Made by a program: the position numbers and the translations under genes
Part shown: in pieces, positions 51,845-64,000 of the stretch
How the letters are laid out: each line of letters begins with the position of its first letter
Numbering within the stretch: the stretch's first letter is position 1
Notes under the pieces: model-generated
Databases searched by the model: none
Told to the model about the DNA's origin: nothing
Seen by the model: only the letters and a program-made list of their open reading frames with translations
Source: Podarcis liolepis
Taxonomy: Eukaryota
NCBI GenBank assembly: GCA_965112155.1
Contig: OZ218100.1
DNA: 64,000 bases
Reading direction: 5' to 3' (one strand)

Positions 51845-52123
51845 ATAGCTTGTATATAATAGTAACAGAAATGCTTGTGCAACCAGTCAAGCAATAAAAA
51901 GCTCTTGACTGTGAATTTGAGTATGATTCCTGTTCTTGTCCTCTGCCTCGGAGGAAAACTCTGCTACAAACAGTAAGAAGTCGTTTTACCGAGGTGCCAC
52001 TACACTAGCAGAAAAGCACAGTGCAAGTGTGTGAGCAGTAACCTCTAATAGGAGAATGCCATCTCACTGGCACAGTTGAAGTAAGATTCAACTGCTAATC
52101 TGGTTGGCATCTGTACATGGAAT

Positions 52124-52125
<2 letters not shown>

Positions 52126-52164
<39 letters not shown>
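52126..52164. repeat. (GT)n microsatellite
   Basis: Direct inspection. Confidence 0.95.
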
Positions 52165-52166
<2 letters not shown>

Positions 52167-53281
52167 ATGTTTGCCATCTTGTCCTTTGCCTCCAGCAGCC
52201 AAGAATACTAGATGGCCCTGCCACCACAGCACAAGCCGGCAACTTTAGCCTTTTGGAATTATTCAGAAATAATTTTGTTTACTAACATCTTGCACTGCAA
52301 AAAGCTAATATACACAATTCTCTGCATGTTTTAGAAATCAAATGGACCGGTCAAATTGACACATGCATTACAGCTAACTGCATGTGTCACGTGATCACAA
52401 GATGCCCTGGGAAGTCAAGGTAAACACACTCTGGCCTTTGCCACTGACCAGGGAACAAAAGGCTTCTGGAAGGCTTCCTCTCCTGCTCCCCCTCCCCCCC
52501 GCCACAGAAGGGACACCACCACAAGGGACATTATGCAAAAGCCTGAAATGGGGCAGCTGTGGGGCGTTTGCTTCTCCCTCTCCCTGAAAGAAAGAACACT
52601 TGGCTCCAACTGCTAATTATCCAGGAACTTCAGGTCAGAAAGGAAGCAAACTCTGACTCCATCCAAGGGACATGAAGCTGATGGGTTGTGTAAGGAATTG
52701 TTATTTCAATCACTTGCAAGCTTGCCGTGATGGTTGTTTAACTGAGAGGGCAAAAAAAAATTCCAAATAAATAAGTAAATAACTAAATGAATCAACTGAC
52801 TTAGCTCCTTGTATCACTTACACAGTGAACATTCGCCTGAACCGTTTACTGGAATAAAGAAAAAATTGCATGCACTGGAGCATTTGGAAGCCAAACGCAA
52901 AGAGGTACTTCTTTACAGAGGCTGAGAATATTGACTGAACTACTTGTTTACGTTTTTTAAGTATTCTTTTTTTAATACCCCAAAACTGTTTCACATCCTT
53001 CCGCTCCAAAAAGGATTCACTTAAAGCAGTTAATAAAATATATAGAAACAGACACAAAGGTTTAAAAAAGGGGCAATCCATGCATACTTGTTTTAAAGCT
53101 GCTGACTGTATTTTGATAAATTTGGTGTCAATTTGTTTTTAAAGTTTGATTTCGTCAGTATGTTTTAATTAATGTTTTTTTGTGAGCCACTTGGGAGATT
53201 TTTGCTCCAATGTGTAACTCCAATGTGATTTGTAAGGATTGCAGCCTGGCTGTGCTGCTGCCGATTAGTCAAGTATTGTAC

Positions 53282-53434
53282 CTCTTGTTTGATCTGGTAT
53301 TGCTGCAACTCTGCCTTGGTATCTTCAATAGCAAGTGCTTCTTTGTGGCCGATGAGCTGGTTTTCCGTCTGTGTGAGAAGGTCACATATATCCTGTAATT
53401 TTTCTGTGAAATCCTGGTGCTGGTCTGCCAAGTC
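53282..53434 (-). CDS. DST: Dystonin spectrin-repeat exon (DLADQHQDFTEKLQDICDLL...IKQE), 153 nt
   Basis: TAG acceptor, GAG|GTACAA donor, phase 0-0. Confidence 0.92.
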
Positions 53435-54019
53435 CTAATTTAGAATAAGAAGAAACCTGAATAGAAATGCTCAGAGGTTCTCATAGAGGTTAATGTTCAA
53501 ACAACCAAATTTCAAAGCTTTCATCAGACACTATTTATGAGAGTATGCTGTAAACATGATAGCAGCTGCACACAGTTTAAAGAAGCTGAATATAGAAGGT
53601 ATGAGATAAACCTCACAAATGCTGTAAGTAAAGAGACCAGGTTTTGGATGGAACCGCCCAGCAGAAGTCTGGCCATGCATTATGCGTGTGAAAATCCAAA
53701 TCTCTGAATGGCTTGAAACCTGTAACAGACAGGTATTAATTCTGAAAAGGGGATGGCAAAACAAAGGTTAGTCGAAAACTATGTGTTAGATCAGTTGGTA
53801 CATGTAATATTACCCGCATATAAAATGCTGTTGTGTTTTAAGCAATACAGAAGCAGACATGCAATGGCACTCATTGTTCTTAACGGTACTTTCATCCCTA
53901 TTAAGCATATTTTTTAAATCCTGCATTTCCTGGGCTGAAGACTCTCCCATCTCCCTCAACTGATTAAAAAAGAAATTGTCCTTCAAAGTTAATCTTGTTT
54001 GGTGCTTGCAGACTAATAA

Positions 54020-54192
54020 TCATAGAGGGACCACAAGGGTCATCTAGTCCAGCCCCCTGCAATGCAGGAATCTCAACTGAAGTGTCCAGGACAGATAGCC
54101 AATCAACCTCTGTTTAAAAACCTCCAAGGAAGGAGAGTCCACAACCTCTTGAGGGCGTTTGTTCCACTGTCAAACAGCTCTTACTATAGAAC
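54020..54192 (-). mobile_element. CR1 LINE 3'-end fragment
   Basis: gggtcatctagtccagccccctgcaatgcagg...aaaaacctccaaggaaggagagtccac...ttccactgtcaaacagctcttac, typical of a CR1 3' end (recalled). Confidence 0.7.
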
Positions 54193-54882
54193 TCTGCTTC
54201 TTTCTTTTTCCCTGTTATTCCCTACTGCTAACAAATTCCCAATGCTCTTGAGTATATTATCTTCCATACACTAGAGCAGATGTAGGGAACCTTTGGCCCT
54301 CCAGATGTTTCTGAACTCCAGCAGTTTTAGTTCATCAATATCTGGAGGCCAATGGTTCCCCACACCAGTGCTAGAGTGATCAGACCTCTTAGAAGGTCCT
54401 CGAGACGCAGAACAAGCACCTGTGGCTATTTCACCCACAAAAGGGCAGCACGCAAGTCGCAGAGTGATTTCCCCAAATCACAGAAGCATCCATTGTTGCT
54501 TCCTGGCACAGACTAGATGACAAAGCATCCTTCTTCAACAGATACCCAAAGTCTAACGTGCAGTCCTAGGTCTGCTATCTCAGCTTTATTTGTTTATTTA
54601 TGACTCAGCTTTAAAGTCAAAGTCAAATCATTACCCACTGTTGGGTAAAGCATTTTATCATTTCTATATATTGCTGTTGAAACAAAACTTGCTGTTGAAG
54701 GAAGCACACAACTGGTTCCCTCAAACATTTATCCTGTGCTTCTAGAATTCTGAAGGATAGGCACACTGTATTCTTTTGCTTTCGATCTCAGCTAGAGTAC
54801 AGTTTCTGCACTTCAACATTTTTTCACATCTCCACTTGGGTTCGGTGTCATGCTAAGCACAAAATCACACACAGAAGCAAAC

Positions 54883-55116
54883 CTTCTGGTCAACAAGAAC
54901 TTGTTCTGTCTGCAAGAGAGTTTCAAAATGGTCGACTTGGGATCTTATTGTCTCTTGCATTTCCTGGAAGCGCTTCTGTGTGGTATTCAAGAGCCTCAAG
55001 AGCTGCTTGCTCTGGTTTGGGGAAAGATCTTGGGCATGCTCAGAAATGAAGAACTGAATATCAAGTGCTGTGGATTCCAACTGCATTTTTGTACATTCAA
55101 ACTCTTTTTCCAGGTC
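54883..55116 (-). CDS. DST: Dystonin exon ([14 protein letters not shown]...VLVDQK), 234 nt
   Basis: ORF 54865..55122; [21 protein letters not shown] matches DST; CAG/GT boundaries, phase 0-0. Confidence 0.93.
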
Positions 55117-55951
55117 CTGCAAATTAAGTAATAAAAATAGTTAGCATAAAAACCCCTGTAACAGCTTTTCCCAACCTGGTGCTCTCAAGATGTTTTGGCA
55201 TGCAGCTTCCATAAGCCTCAATCAGCATGGTTATGGGCCAATAGGAATTGTTACAAATCATCTAGAGGCCACCAGATTGAGGAAGCCTGCCCTATCATTT
55301 GATAAAAGGTTAAGCTCACTCACTGTTTTTTTAAAAAATAATTCAAATATCTGATATGGAATTCACTCTATCAGTTCATAATCCAGAGTCTATTAAAGAA
55401 TACTACTAGACGTTTAGGTTTGTTGAGCCTTCCTCAAATTCACTGACTCGCAACATCAGATCTACATAATGTTAAGTGTAATGTTGGGGAGGAGAGGAGG
55501 AAAACTCCATTGTGTCAGCAGAAGTTGTTGTTCAAGTCTTCTGCTGAAACCACCATTTATTTTTGATCATTGCACTGAAGGGAATTACACTGAGGCTGTG
55601 TTTGCTACAGTCTTGGTGGCCATATGTGCAAAATATGTGACTGATAATGAGTTAAATCATAAACTTACTGACAGCATTTTCTGATGTTGAGCCTAGCACC
55701 AACCTCAAGGAAGAATTACTTTCTACTATTGATATTTAGAGCTTATGTAACCATTCTGTTAAAACTATATGAGTGTTACTTGCAGAAATCCTGACTGCCT
55801 ATCCGAACTAGCAATAATCACCCAAACTATCACTACTTTTGAACATGTAGGTTATCGGTAACTAGTACTGAATCAGAGTGGAGATCACCTACAAAACATC
55901 ATATCTAGAAGTTAACAGTCACTGACAGATTAGGTACCAAGTGATACATGC

Positions 55952-56098
55952 CTTGATTAACTGAAACCTTTGCTTCACATCTTCTATATCACTTGTATCC
56001 ACTTTGAGATTATTCATTATTTCACTCTTCTCCTCAATCCAACCTGTAAACTCCTGAAGCTTGACTAGATGTTTCTGATGAAGAACTGAAAGTTTAGC
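55952..56098 (-). CDS. DST: Dystonin exon (AKLSVLHQKHL...VKQRFQLIK), 147 nt, GC donor
   Basis: Acceptor TAG 56099-56101; the only in-frame donor before the stop is AAG|GCATGT. Confidence 0.82.
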
Positions 56099-56558
56099 CT
56101 AGAAAAGAAGTTCAAATAAGATATTTGTCCGACAACAGACCTAAACCAAACTAAAATGAAAACCAAACGAAAAGATTTCAGTTAGATGACAGTGAAACAA
56201 AGCTACTGACATAATTGGAAAAATGAGGAGATACTTTTTCCACTATATACGTGGCATATTTTAGATCTACAAGAACACTTTGCTGATGATACCATTTGCA
56301 TATGCAAAGTCTATTTAATTCTGACACTCCAACAAGGGGCAAAAGGGTTTATATCACTTATCTAACAAAAATTATTTAGGAGAGAGCAAATTCTTTCCAA
56401 TCCCAGTTACCATTTCACAATAATGGAACTCCTTTTCTTTCAAAACTCACTAAATAATGAGACTAAGAACAAATTCATGTACACACGCTTATCAATTTAG
56501 GTTGGTATTTTTGTAATGTCCTCTGAGACCATTTAGTGCAGGGTGGGTTATAAGTCGT

Positions 56559-56601
<43 letters not shown>

Positions 56602-56606
56602 CACCA
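56559..56606. repeat. Compound (CTA)n(CCA)n microsatellite
   Basis: Direct inspection. Confidence 0.9.
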
Positions 56607-57067
56607 CAATCAATGGATACACAACTGAACATGAAAACATTAAAATGAATTGTTTGAGAAAGCTCTTGTCTGCGGTGCTGATCTATGATCACTGAATCAC
56701 ACATGCACATCATCATTTTATGTTCAAGTAACCAAAGGATGCACAAGTTTTTGTATTCACTGTGATTCAGAAGGAATGCATCTGCAATCCTACACACACT
56801 TTCCTACAAATAAGCCCCAATGAACACAGAAGGCATGCACAGGATTGTGCTGCAAGTGATCATTCATTGTGAACAAACTTTTAGAGCATGGGTTCCAGCT
56901 AGCTAGTATCAGGCAATAAATTTGTCACCATGTATGCAAAACCATTTTACAATACTTATTTGCATTTTACACTTGGTTTTGTTTAAAATGGTTGAACTAA
57001 ATCTAAGTTTGGAGTTGGATAGATTAAAAATCTATAGAAGTAAAATAGATGTGGGCTATGAACCTAC

Positions 57068-57283
57068 CATTTCAGAGTCTACTGCCAAGACTATTTGCTT
57101 TGCTCGATTTGAAGACATTTCGCAGACCCCAAAGAAATCCTTCTCCAAACATTCATAGCTTTCTTTTAGATCCACAAGCTGTGCTCTGGGAACATCCTTG
57201 TGCTGAAATTTTAGAAACTCTTCTGCTAACTTCATATCTTTTCGTAGAGTAACAGCAAAGCCAGCAAGCCCTGATTCAAATGA
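57068..57283 (-). CDS. DST: Dystonin exon (SFESGLAGFAVTLRKDMKLAEEFLK...LAVDSEM), 216 nt
   Basis: Acceptor TAG, donor ATG|GTAGGT, phase 0-0; LRKDMKLAEEFLK matches recalled DST. Confidence 0.9.
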
Positions 57284-58214
57284 CTACAAAAAAATAAATA
57301 CAGATGAGGTGCATTAAGGTCTTGCCTAAAACTAGTAGCACTGCGTGCAAGACAGAAAAAGAAACTTCTGCATTTTAGGGAGAAGCACCATTAGTCCTAG
57401 AGATGGCTGGGAGACCTGAAATCCCCACCCAGCCATGCTGTTCATGGGCACTCAACAAGTCACTAGCCACCTCACAGGGCTGATGCAAGAATAAAATGGG
57501 GTCACCCCACCTAAAATTGCCCTGGGAAGCTTGGGAAATGGCCACACAAATGAGATAAATTAACCCTAGAACCCAACATACACATCTCTTTATTTTGCTA
57601 TCTCTCATTCCCCACTCACCTACCACACTGCTCATATCATTTTCTATACTATGGCAATAGCTCTTCCTCCAACCACTGCTGCACCACCCCTTTCCTTCAT
57701 CTCAGCATCCATCTATCCAGGGATACCTAAACTTTAGACATTGCCATGCTCAACATGCTCTCCTTTCTCTTCCTCCTATAAATTAGCAGGAAGGGACTAC
57801 AAAATGCACGCACTACAGAGAGAGAATCACCCATGCAGAGAGTGTAATGTGTAGCCCAGGCCTGTAAATGGGATCTGTGGGGAAAGGACTCAAGAGTGTG
57901 CCGTTCCATTGATTTGTATTAGATGACAAATGGGTGCACATTTCTGTGCCTTTGGGTGAGAGAATTGTGGGGTGATGATCACTGGCTAATGTTAAGTATA
58001 TTTTTTATGATTTGTCAAATAGATTTAGCATATTTATGAAAGATAATACATATTTAACTATACTCTTATTCTGATGACTTGTGTTTTGAGGGTCTTATGA
58101 GCTACCTTGAATATATTATTTTGCATGGAAGATCAGCATATAAAGAGACTTAGTACTAATGACATCTGACCTCACTATTTAACCTCGCTTTCTCTCTACA
58201 GATAAGAAGCTTAC

Positions 58215-58349
58215 CTCTAACTGCTCAAGTTGTATTTTTAGGTCTTCCAGGTCATTACTGATGGGCTGCAGGTCATCCAAGAGAAATTTCATATCTTGAA
58301 CCACTGTCAAATGTCTCCTCATATTCTCCAAGTACCAAGAGCATTGCTT
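58215..58349 (-). CDS. DST: Dystonin exon (KQCSWYLENMRRHL...KIQLEQLE), 135 nt
   Basis: Acceptor CAG 58350-58352, donor GAG|GTAAGC, phase 0-0; resembles recalled DST (..LKNQLRQLE); absent from the ORF track. Confidence 0.85.
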
Positions 58350-58670
58350 CTGAAAATATTATTGTCATTTTAGTATAACTAGAACTTATCAACACAGTAG
58401 CAGAAAAACACTTTTAAAAACAAAAAGGATGGTGTGTGTTTCTTTAAAAAAAATGCCTAGAGATGCAATTTAAATGTTCATCTGTGATTCTACTATGATG
58501 TTAACCAGAGGACATTCAATTCCTTGTGATAGGTGATTCAGTGCATACTGGTAATATAGGTGCCATGTTTTGATTATGCTAACAAGCACAAGCACCAAAA
58601 TGAACTAAATAAATTTTTCATTTGTTTTACGTGTCTTTACTTAAGACAAAAATTGTAAGTTGCTACTCAC

Positions 58671-61600
58671 CATGCTCTTTGAATCAGGTCTTGGTCCAGA
58701 GTCCTCTGTTTCCAAGGTTTCAGAGAAGCTTTTTGGTTGCTGGTATGGCTTCTCGGGCTGAGGGTATCCTTTCGAACCAAGAGCCTTACTGAATGCTTCA
58801 GTACTCTCTCCAGCAGTTTCTGCTTTTAATCCTGATGAACTTGTAGTTTCTCTTGAGATGGGAAAGGCATGGTCATACTGAGAAGCGTTTTTCTCCTGCT
58901 CTCTTTCTGTCTGGGCCTTCATGTCCCTTGTCTCACGGGTGCTCTCATTTCTTTGACTGCAGTGGTCTTGTTTCAGTATATCGAGGAGGAGATCAGGACT
59001 TCTATTATCAAGCCAAATAGGTGGGTTAGAATTAGGTTCGTTTGCATGTATGCACAACGAAGCAGCCATTGAGGCACTTCTAGTATCCTCACTTCTATGT
59101 TGGACAGCAGATTTGGCAGGGTCCTCATTTTCCCAGTGTGTGCTATCAACCATTTTAAGTAAATTTTGCATTAAAGCTTTTGTGCCAATATAACTTAAAG
59201 GTTCCTCTTCCTGCTTGCAGTAAACATCTTTTATATTTCCTTTAAGTATTTTTGTTAAGCTTTCAGGTAATGTGGGAGGCACTTCAGGAAAAACAACTTC
59301 CTGATCACTGACTGGGGCAGAATTAGAAAGCATCACATCTTTTAGTGATTGCTGCATTTTTATCTGGATGCCATTTTGAGAGTAAGTAGGCTCATGGTCT
59401 AGAATGTCATCTTCCGTAGGCTTCCCCAAACTACTATTTTGAGTGACCTCTGCTTCATGTGCTTTCTGCTCATAGCTATTCTGGCTTTCATCTCTGGTGT
59501 CTAAAGTACTAGAAGAAGATCCAATTACACATGTATCTTCTCCAGAAGCTGTTTCATCAGCCTTGCTCCCTACTTTTCCAATAGCTTCAACACGCTCCAT
59601 ATTGTTGAAATCACATTTGTAGCTTTCATTATGAGACACCTTGGAATGAGCACTAGCCTCTTTACTAACTTTATCTCTTGTAGGTTCTGATACAACTGAT
59701 GCAGGAAACAGCTGCTGTTTGGGGTGCAATTCTTTTAGGTGCTGTTTTCCCTCGCAGTTTCCACTTCCTGATACCACTAGTTCCTCTCTATTCTCTTCAC
59801 TGTCTCTTTCACCTTCCTTTAGGTAAGATGAACCATTCTCTCTCATTGCTAAGATATCCTTGGCCATTATATCTTTCACACTTTGCTTTAAATAAGTAGA
59901 GAGGTCAAACCCCTCTACATAGTGCACTGATTCATCTTTAGCAATGTCATTGGAGTCTGTAACCAATGTGGGCTTATTTGAAGTTTGAGCAATACTTATT
60001 TTTTCATCATATGAGGCAGTAATTTCATAACCATTTTTAATAACTGATGAATAAGGCTCCCTAAGGCTTCCACTTGATTCCCGGATATGATCTTCCTTCA
60101 GAATGCACACTCCATTTTTATATTGTTTCAGTGCACCAATTTCTACTTGACTATGTGGCACACTGGTAGATGCTTGTTTTCCATTATCTACTTCTTGTCT
60201 TTTCTCACAATTCAAACATGGCATTGATATATCATCAAGAATTTTAGCTTCCCTGTGTTCAGCATGTAAGTTTCTTTGAGAAGGTATATCAGACTTGGCA
60301 CTAATATTTTCTGTTCCAATTGCGTCTTCTGATGTTGCACCATTGCTTATGCTTAATTGGGAGGTTTGACTGTTCTGTAACGCAAGGTTGTCTTGCATGA
60401 AAGGGTCAGAAGCCTGTTCTGTTTCTTGCTGGCTTCCCTCTTTACTTTTACATGGTAGGTCCTGAATGTTTTCTTTAACAACATCAGCTAAATTTTGATA
60501 TTCATCAGCACTGTAGCTTTCAGGGCACCGTAAACCATTGTTTCCTGTTGCCTCTGAAAGTGCAGACACCTGGACCCCAATGTTTTTATCATGGCACTGA
60601 GAGTAATGCATTTCCAATACCTCTTCATCTTCATAATCTGTCTCTTCGTAAGTATCATAATCAAAATCCACATAATCATAACCTTCAAAATCATCCCCAC
60701 TGTCACTATCACCATTATCGCTACTGCCATTCTCATCACTATTGCCACTGCCATCATCATCACTGTCATTATCCATACATATGCTTTCATGTTCACTCTC
60801 AGAGTCATCTTCTTTTGTTTTAATGCCCTTGTGCTCACCCCTTTGCATTTTAGCTTCATCCAACTTTTCCAGGCAGCTGTCAATCTCTTTACTTTCTTCC
60901 CTTTCTTTTTTCTGACCATTATTTTCTATATCTCTACTGCTTTCTGCTTTGTCTTCTAGAATTGTGCCTAGTAGCCTTGCATTGAATGCTGCCATATTTA
61001 TAATTTCAAGTGTATCAGAGTCACTCGTTTCACTAAAGCACAGAATGCATTCTTCTTCCTTACTTAGGTTGCCCATGGAAGATTTTGCTTTTTCTTGCAA
61101 CTCGTCTGCTACTCCATTGATGGCTACTGCACTGTGGACGAGCTCTGGAGTAGCATCTTCTTTAACAACAGAGGATTCACCCTTGTTTATTCTGCCTGAG
61201 CTATAAACTGTACCACTGATATGATCAATTTGCGGAGCATCACAGGCTTCACTGCGATCTTTATGTTGAGTTGGATCACAAGGATCTTCTGACTGAGTAC
61301 TATGTTCTCTTTTATGCAACAGCTCAGATTGCTTGCTGTTATTGCCTTCCAGAACTAGCGAGCCACATTCAAATGTTGACTTGCTGTCATTCACAGGTGG
61401 TTCATCATGCTTCATACTAGCACTGACTTCCAGAGGTGATGTGGACTCACTATCAGTATTGTTTTTAATGGATGATCCATCAAGAGTGTCAGTAGTGACT
61501 TCTACTGGGAGCCCAGCATTTGTATCAATGGAATCCTTGAGTGGACATCCAGCATGAGTAATAGCACCGTTTCTCTGAATTGGTCCAATATATTTATCTA

Positions 61601-64000
61601 CAGTATGATATTCCAACAGTGCAATGCCATCAGAACTGGTATGGTCATCAAGCAAAGATACACTACATATATTAGCCTTATCTATGGGTTGTTCTCCATC
61701 ACTGATATTCATCTGATTTTCTACAGGTTGCCCACTTTCAGTCTGTTCTTCCTGTAATAATCCATGGATCAAATTTACAGTGTCTTCCAGGAGGGAATCA
61801 CCATTAGAAGTATTTTCTAGGACTGACATGCTATAGTTATTGGTGCAATCTTCCAGTAACTGACTGTCATGTGTATGCACTCTAGTTTCCAATGGTAATG
61901 CATCTTGTATGCTGGTGTAGTTTTCCAATAGACAGCCAGCAAATTTATTAGCATGGTCTTCCAATTGTGAATTGCCACAGCTATCTGTAATGTCTTCTCG
62001 TGGTGGCCTATCATTCATATGAAGACATGCACCATGCATTATGGAGTGGTCTTCTAATGGCAACTTGCCATTCCTATCATCATTGTTATGCAATATTGGG
62101 GTGACATTCGTTTCCGCTTGCAATACTCCACTCTCATTACAAGTCTCTAATTCTTTCTTAGTGCGTTCATTTAAACATTTTTGGTCAGGTTCTATACTAG
62201 TGTATAAACTATCCTGAAAGTCATCTTTTACCTCATCTTTCACCTCATTTTTCTTCATTAGCATAATGCCTTCTTCAATCTGCAAAACCTGAGGCATGCA
62301 TTTTTGCAGGCTGTTGTCCATGAGATGTGAAACGTTAGTGCTTGCTTGAGCTTTCTCATCTTTCTTAATAGCTGAAGAATAATTTGCATCCAAAACACTA
62401 CTGAAGATGCCTGGGGAGTCGTTTTCACTCCCCTTAATGTTCTCCCCCTCTACTATGCAAATGTTATCTTCATTTACTATTGGAGGAAGGTGTCCTTGTG
62501 AACAGTTTGAAACAGATGTTTTCATTTCAGCATTTTCAGCGTTTGCTTGGTCAGTTAAATTTTCATACACTTCCACTGGCATTTGTTCTGGAAGTTTCAG
62601 TAAACTTCCAAGTGCATTTTCTTTTTCAAGATTTTGACCTGGATTGATTTCCTTTCCAGATCTATTTGTGACACATTCTGACTGCTCTGAAGCACGAGCC
62701 ACAATATGAAAACCATTTCTCCCTGAGACTATGTCCTTCTGGTGATCTTTACAAAATGCCTCCCTCTTATTGCTGCTGGATATATTTTGAATACTTGTAT
62801 CTTGTTCTGAAACATTGCTAGTGATATCACTAAACATTGCCCCTTTGGGCTGTTGCTCAATATGTTGTGCTTTTGTGTTTAAACACAATTGCCCCTCAGT
62901 CTCATTTGTATTATTTTCAGAACGACTGCAACCCATTAACAGGCTGACTGTTTCATTTAAGTCACCACAATGCAACAAAAGCCTCTGTCCGGTGTTCGCA
63001 TCCATACAACTATTTATCATTAGGTAAGACATGAATAGCTTTTGAGTTTGTTCCGAGTGGCAAGGTATGGGCTCACTGGTGTCAGAAGTGTTTACATCCT
63101 TTCCATCAGCATGTTGGTTGGATGCCTGGAGTTCACAAGACGAGAGCCATCTTGCCGCTTTTTTCAAAGGCAATGGTATATCTTCCACATTAGGCATTTC
63201 ATCAGGTAGGGTAACACTATTCAAAATTGATGAAGTGTTGCTTTCTATGACTCCCTGCTGGGCTGCATCATCCAGGCTGATCACTTCACAAGTTTCTGGA
63301 ATATAGAGTGCTGCTATTTTTTGCCGCCCCTTTAGAATTTTGCAGGCCTGCTCATTAGTGATCATGCCTTGATGCAAAGATGTAGATACAGGAAATATTT
63401 CCCCACTATGTGGCCAGATGAGTCCAATGAAGCCTCGTTGTGCCTGTAGTACCAGCAAGGCACTACTAGAAGAGATCAGGTTGCACTGCACAGCTTCATC
63501 TACAGACAAACGTTTTGATGAATTTTGACACAGGATCCCACCTGTCTGAAGCTGATGAGTCAAAATAGCACAAGCAGCATCCTGGTCAATAACCCCTTCT
63601 CTCATTGCTTCTTCAACAGTCATTCTGTGTCCTGTATCAGGATGAATTATGCCGCCAGAAAGCAGCTGGGCACCTAATAGCCTGAACATGGTCTCCTTCT
63701 CTATGAGTCCTTCATGAGCTGCTCTCAAAATAGTTATCTTCCTTCCACATTTTAGTGTTATTTTGCCTCTTTCTTGAGGGGTCACAGGCAAGAGCCTCAA
63801 GCCTGTTTCTCTATGTACTACAGTTCTTTCAAGCAATTCCTCAAGGGTTATCTTCTCTGCAGTGTTGGGGTCAATAAGGTCTTTGCTCATGTCACGTCTT
63901 TCCAGGAGTTTAGTGTATAATGCTGCAGAGATCAGATTCTTCTGAAAAGCTCTGTGCAAAGTCAGCTGTTCTCCCGTGGCTGGTATCATTAGGTGTCCTC
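58671..64000 (-). CDS. DST: Dystonin giant central exon (BPAG1b-type: plakin repeat domain then long disordered region); 5' part lies beyond the window
   Basis: ORF 58641..63989 (1782 aa) with plakin repeat motifs ([40 protein letters not shown]); donor ATG|GTGAGT after 58671, phase 0. Confidence 0.93.

Noticed and set aside
60488-60959. Overlapping Met-, His- and Ile-rich ORFs in other frames or strand
   Set aside because: Shadows of the Asp/Ser low-complexity DST codons
343-64000. Gene identity as MACF1, because KIAA0754 is nested in MACF1
   Set aside because: The rod exon peptides ([58 protein letters not shown]) match my recollection of DST rather than MACF1

Overview
Vertebrate genomic DNA from a squamate, probably a lacertid lizard (judged from full-length Sauria SINEs). 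The whole window lies inside the dystonin gene (DST/BPAG1, a spectraplakin) on the minus strand. I resolved 29 coding exons with consistent splice phases. They run from the 3' part of the >5.3 kb BPAG1b-type giant exon (plakin repeats plus a long disordered region, truncated at the right edge) through the spectrin-repeat rod. The introns hold SINEs, CR1/L1/L2 fragments, MITEs, one GC-rich element with inverted ends, and microsatellites. The main finding lies in the 15.4 kb intron (8453-23806). It is a 431-codon same-strand exon (ATG at 13299, phase-0 donor after 12007) beginning MGKPLSRPDC..., which I recognise from memory as homologous to KIAA0754, the ORF nested in the paralogue MACF1. It has a myristoylation/palmitoylation-type N-terminus and an upstream MEF2/E-box region, and it splices in frame onto the last part of the rod. 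This predicts an internally initiated, membrane-anchored short dystonin lacking the actin-binding and plakin domains. Other points are a GC-AG intron and a cryptic ~12-residue tandem repeat in the giant exon. All homology calls are from recall and no searches were run.
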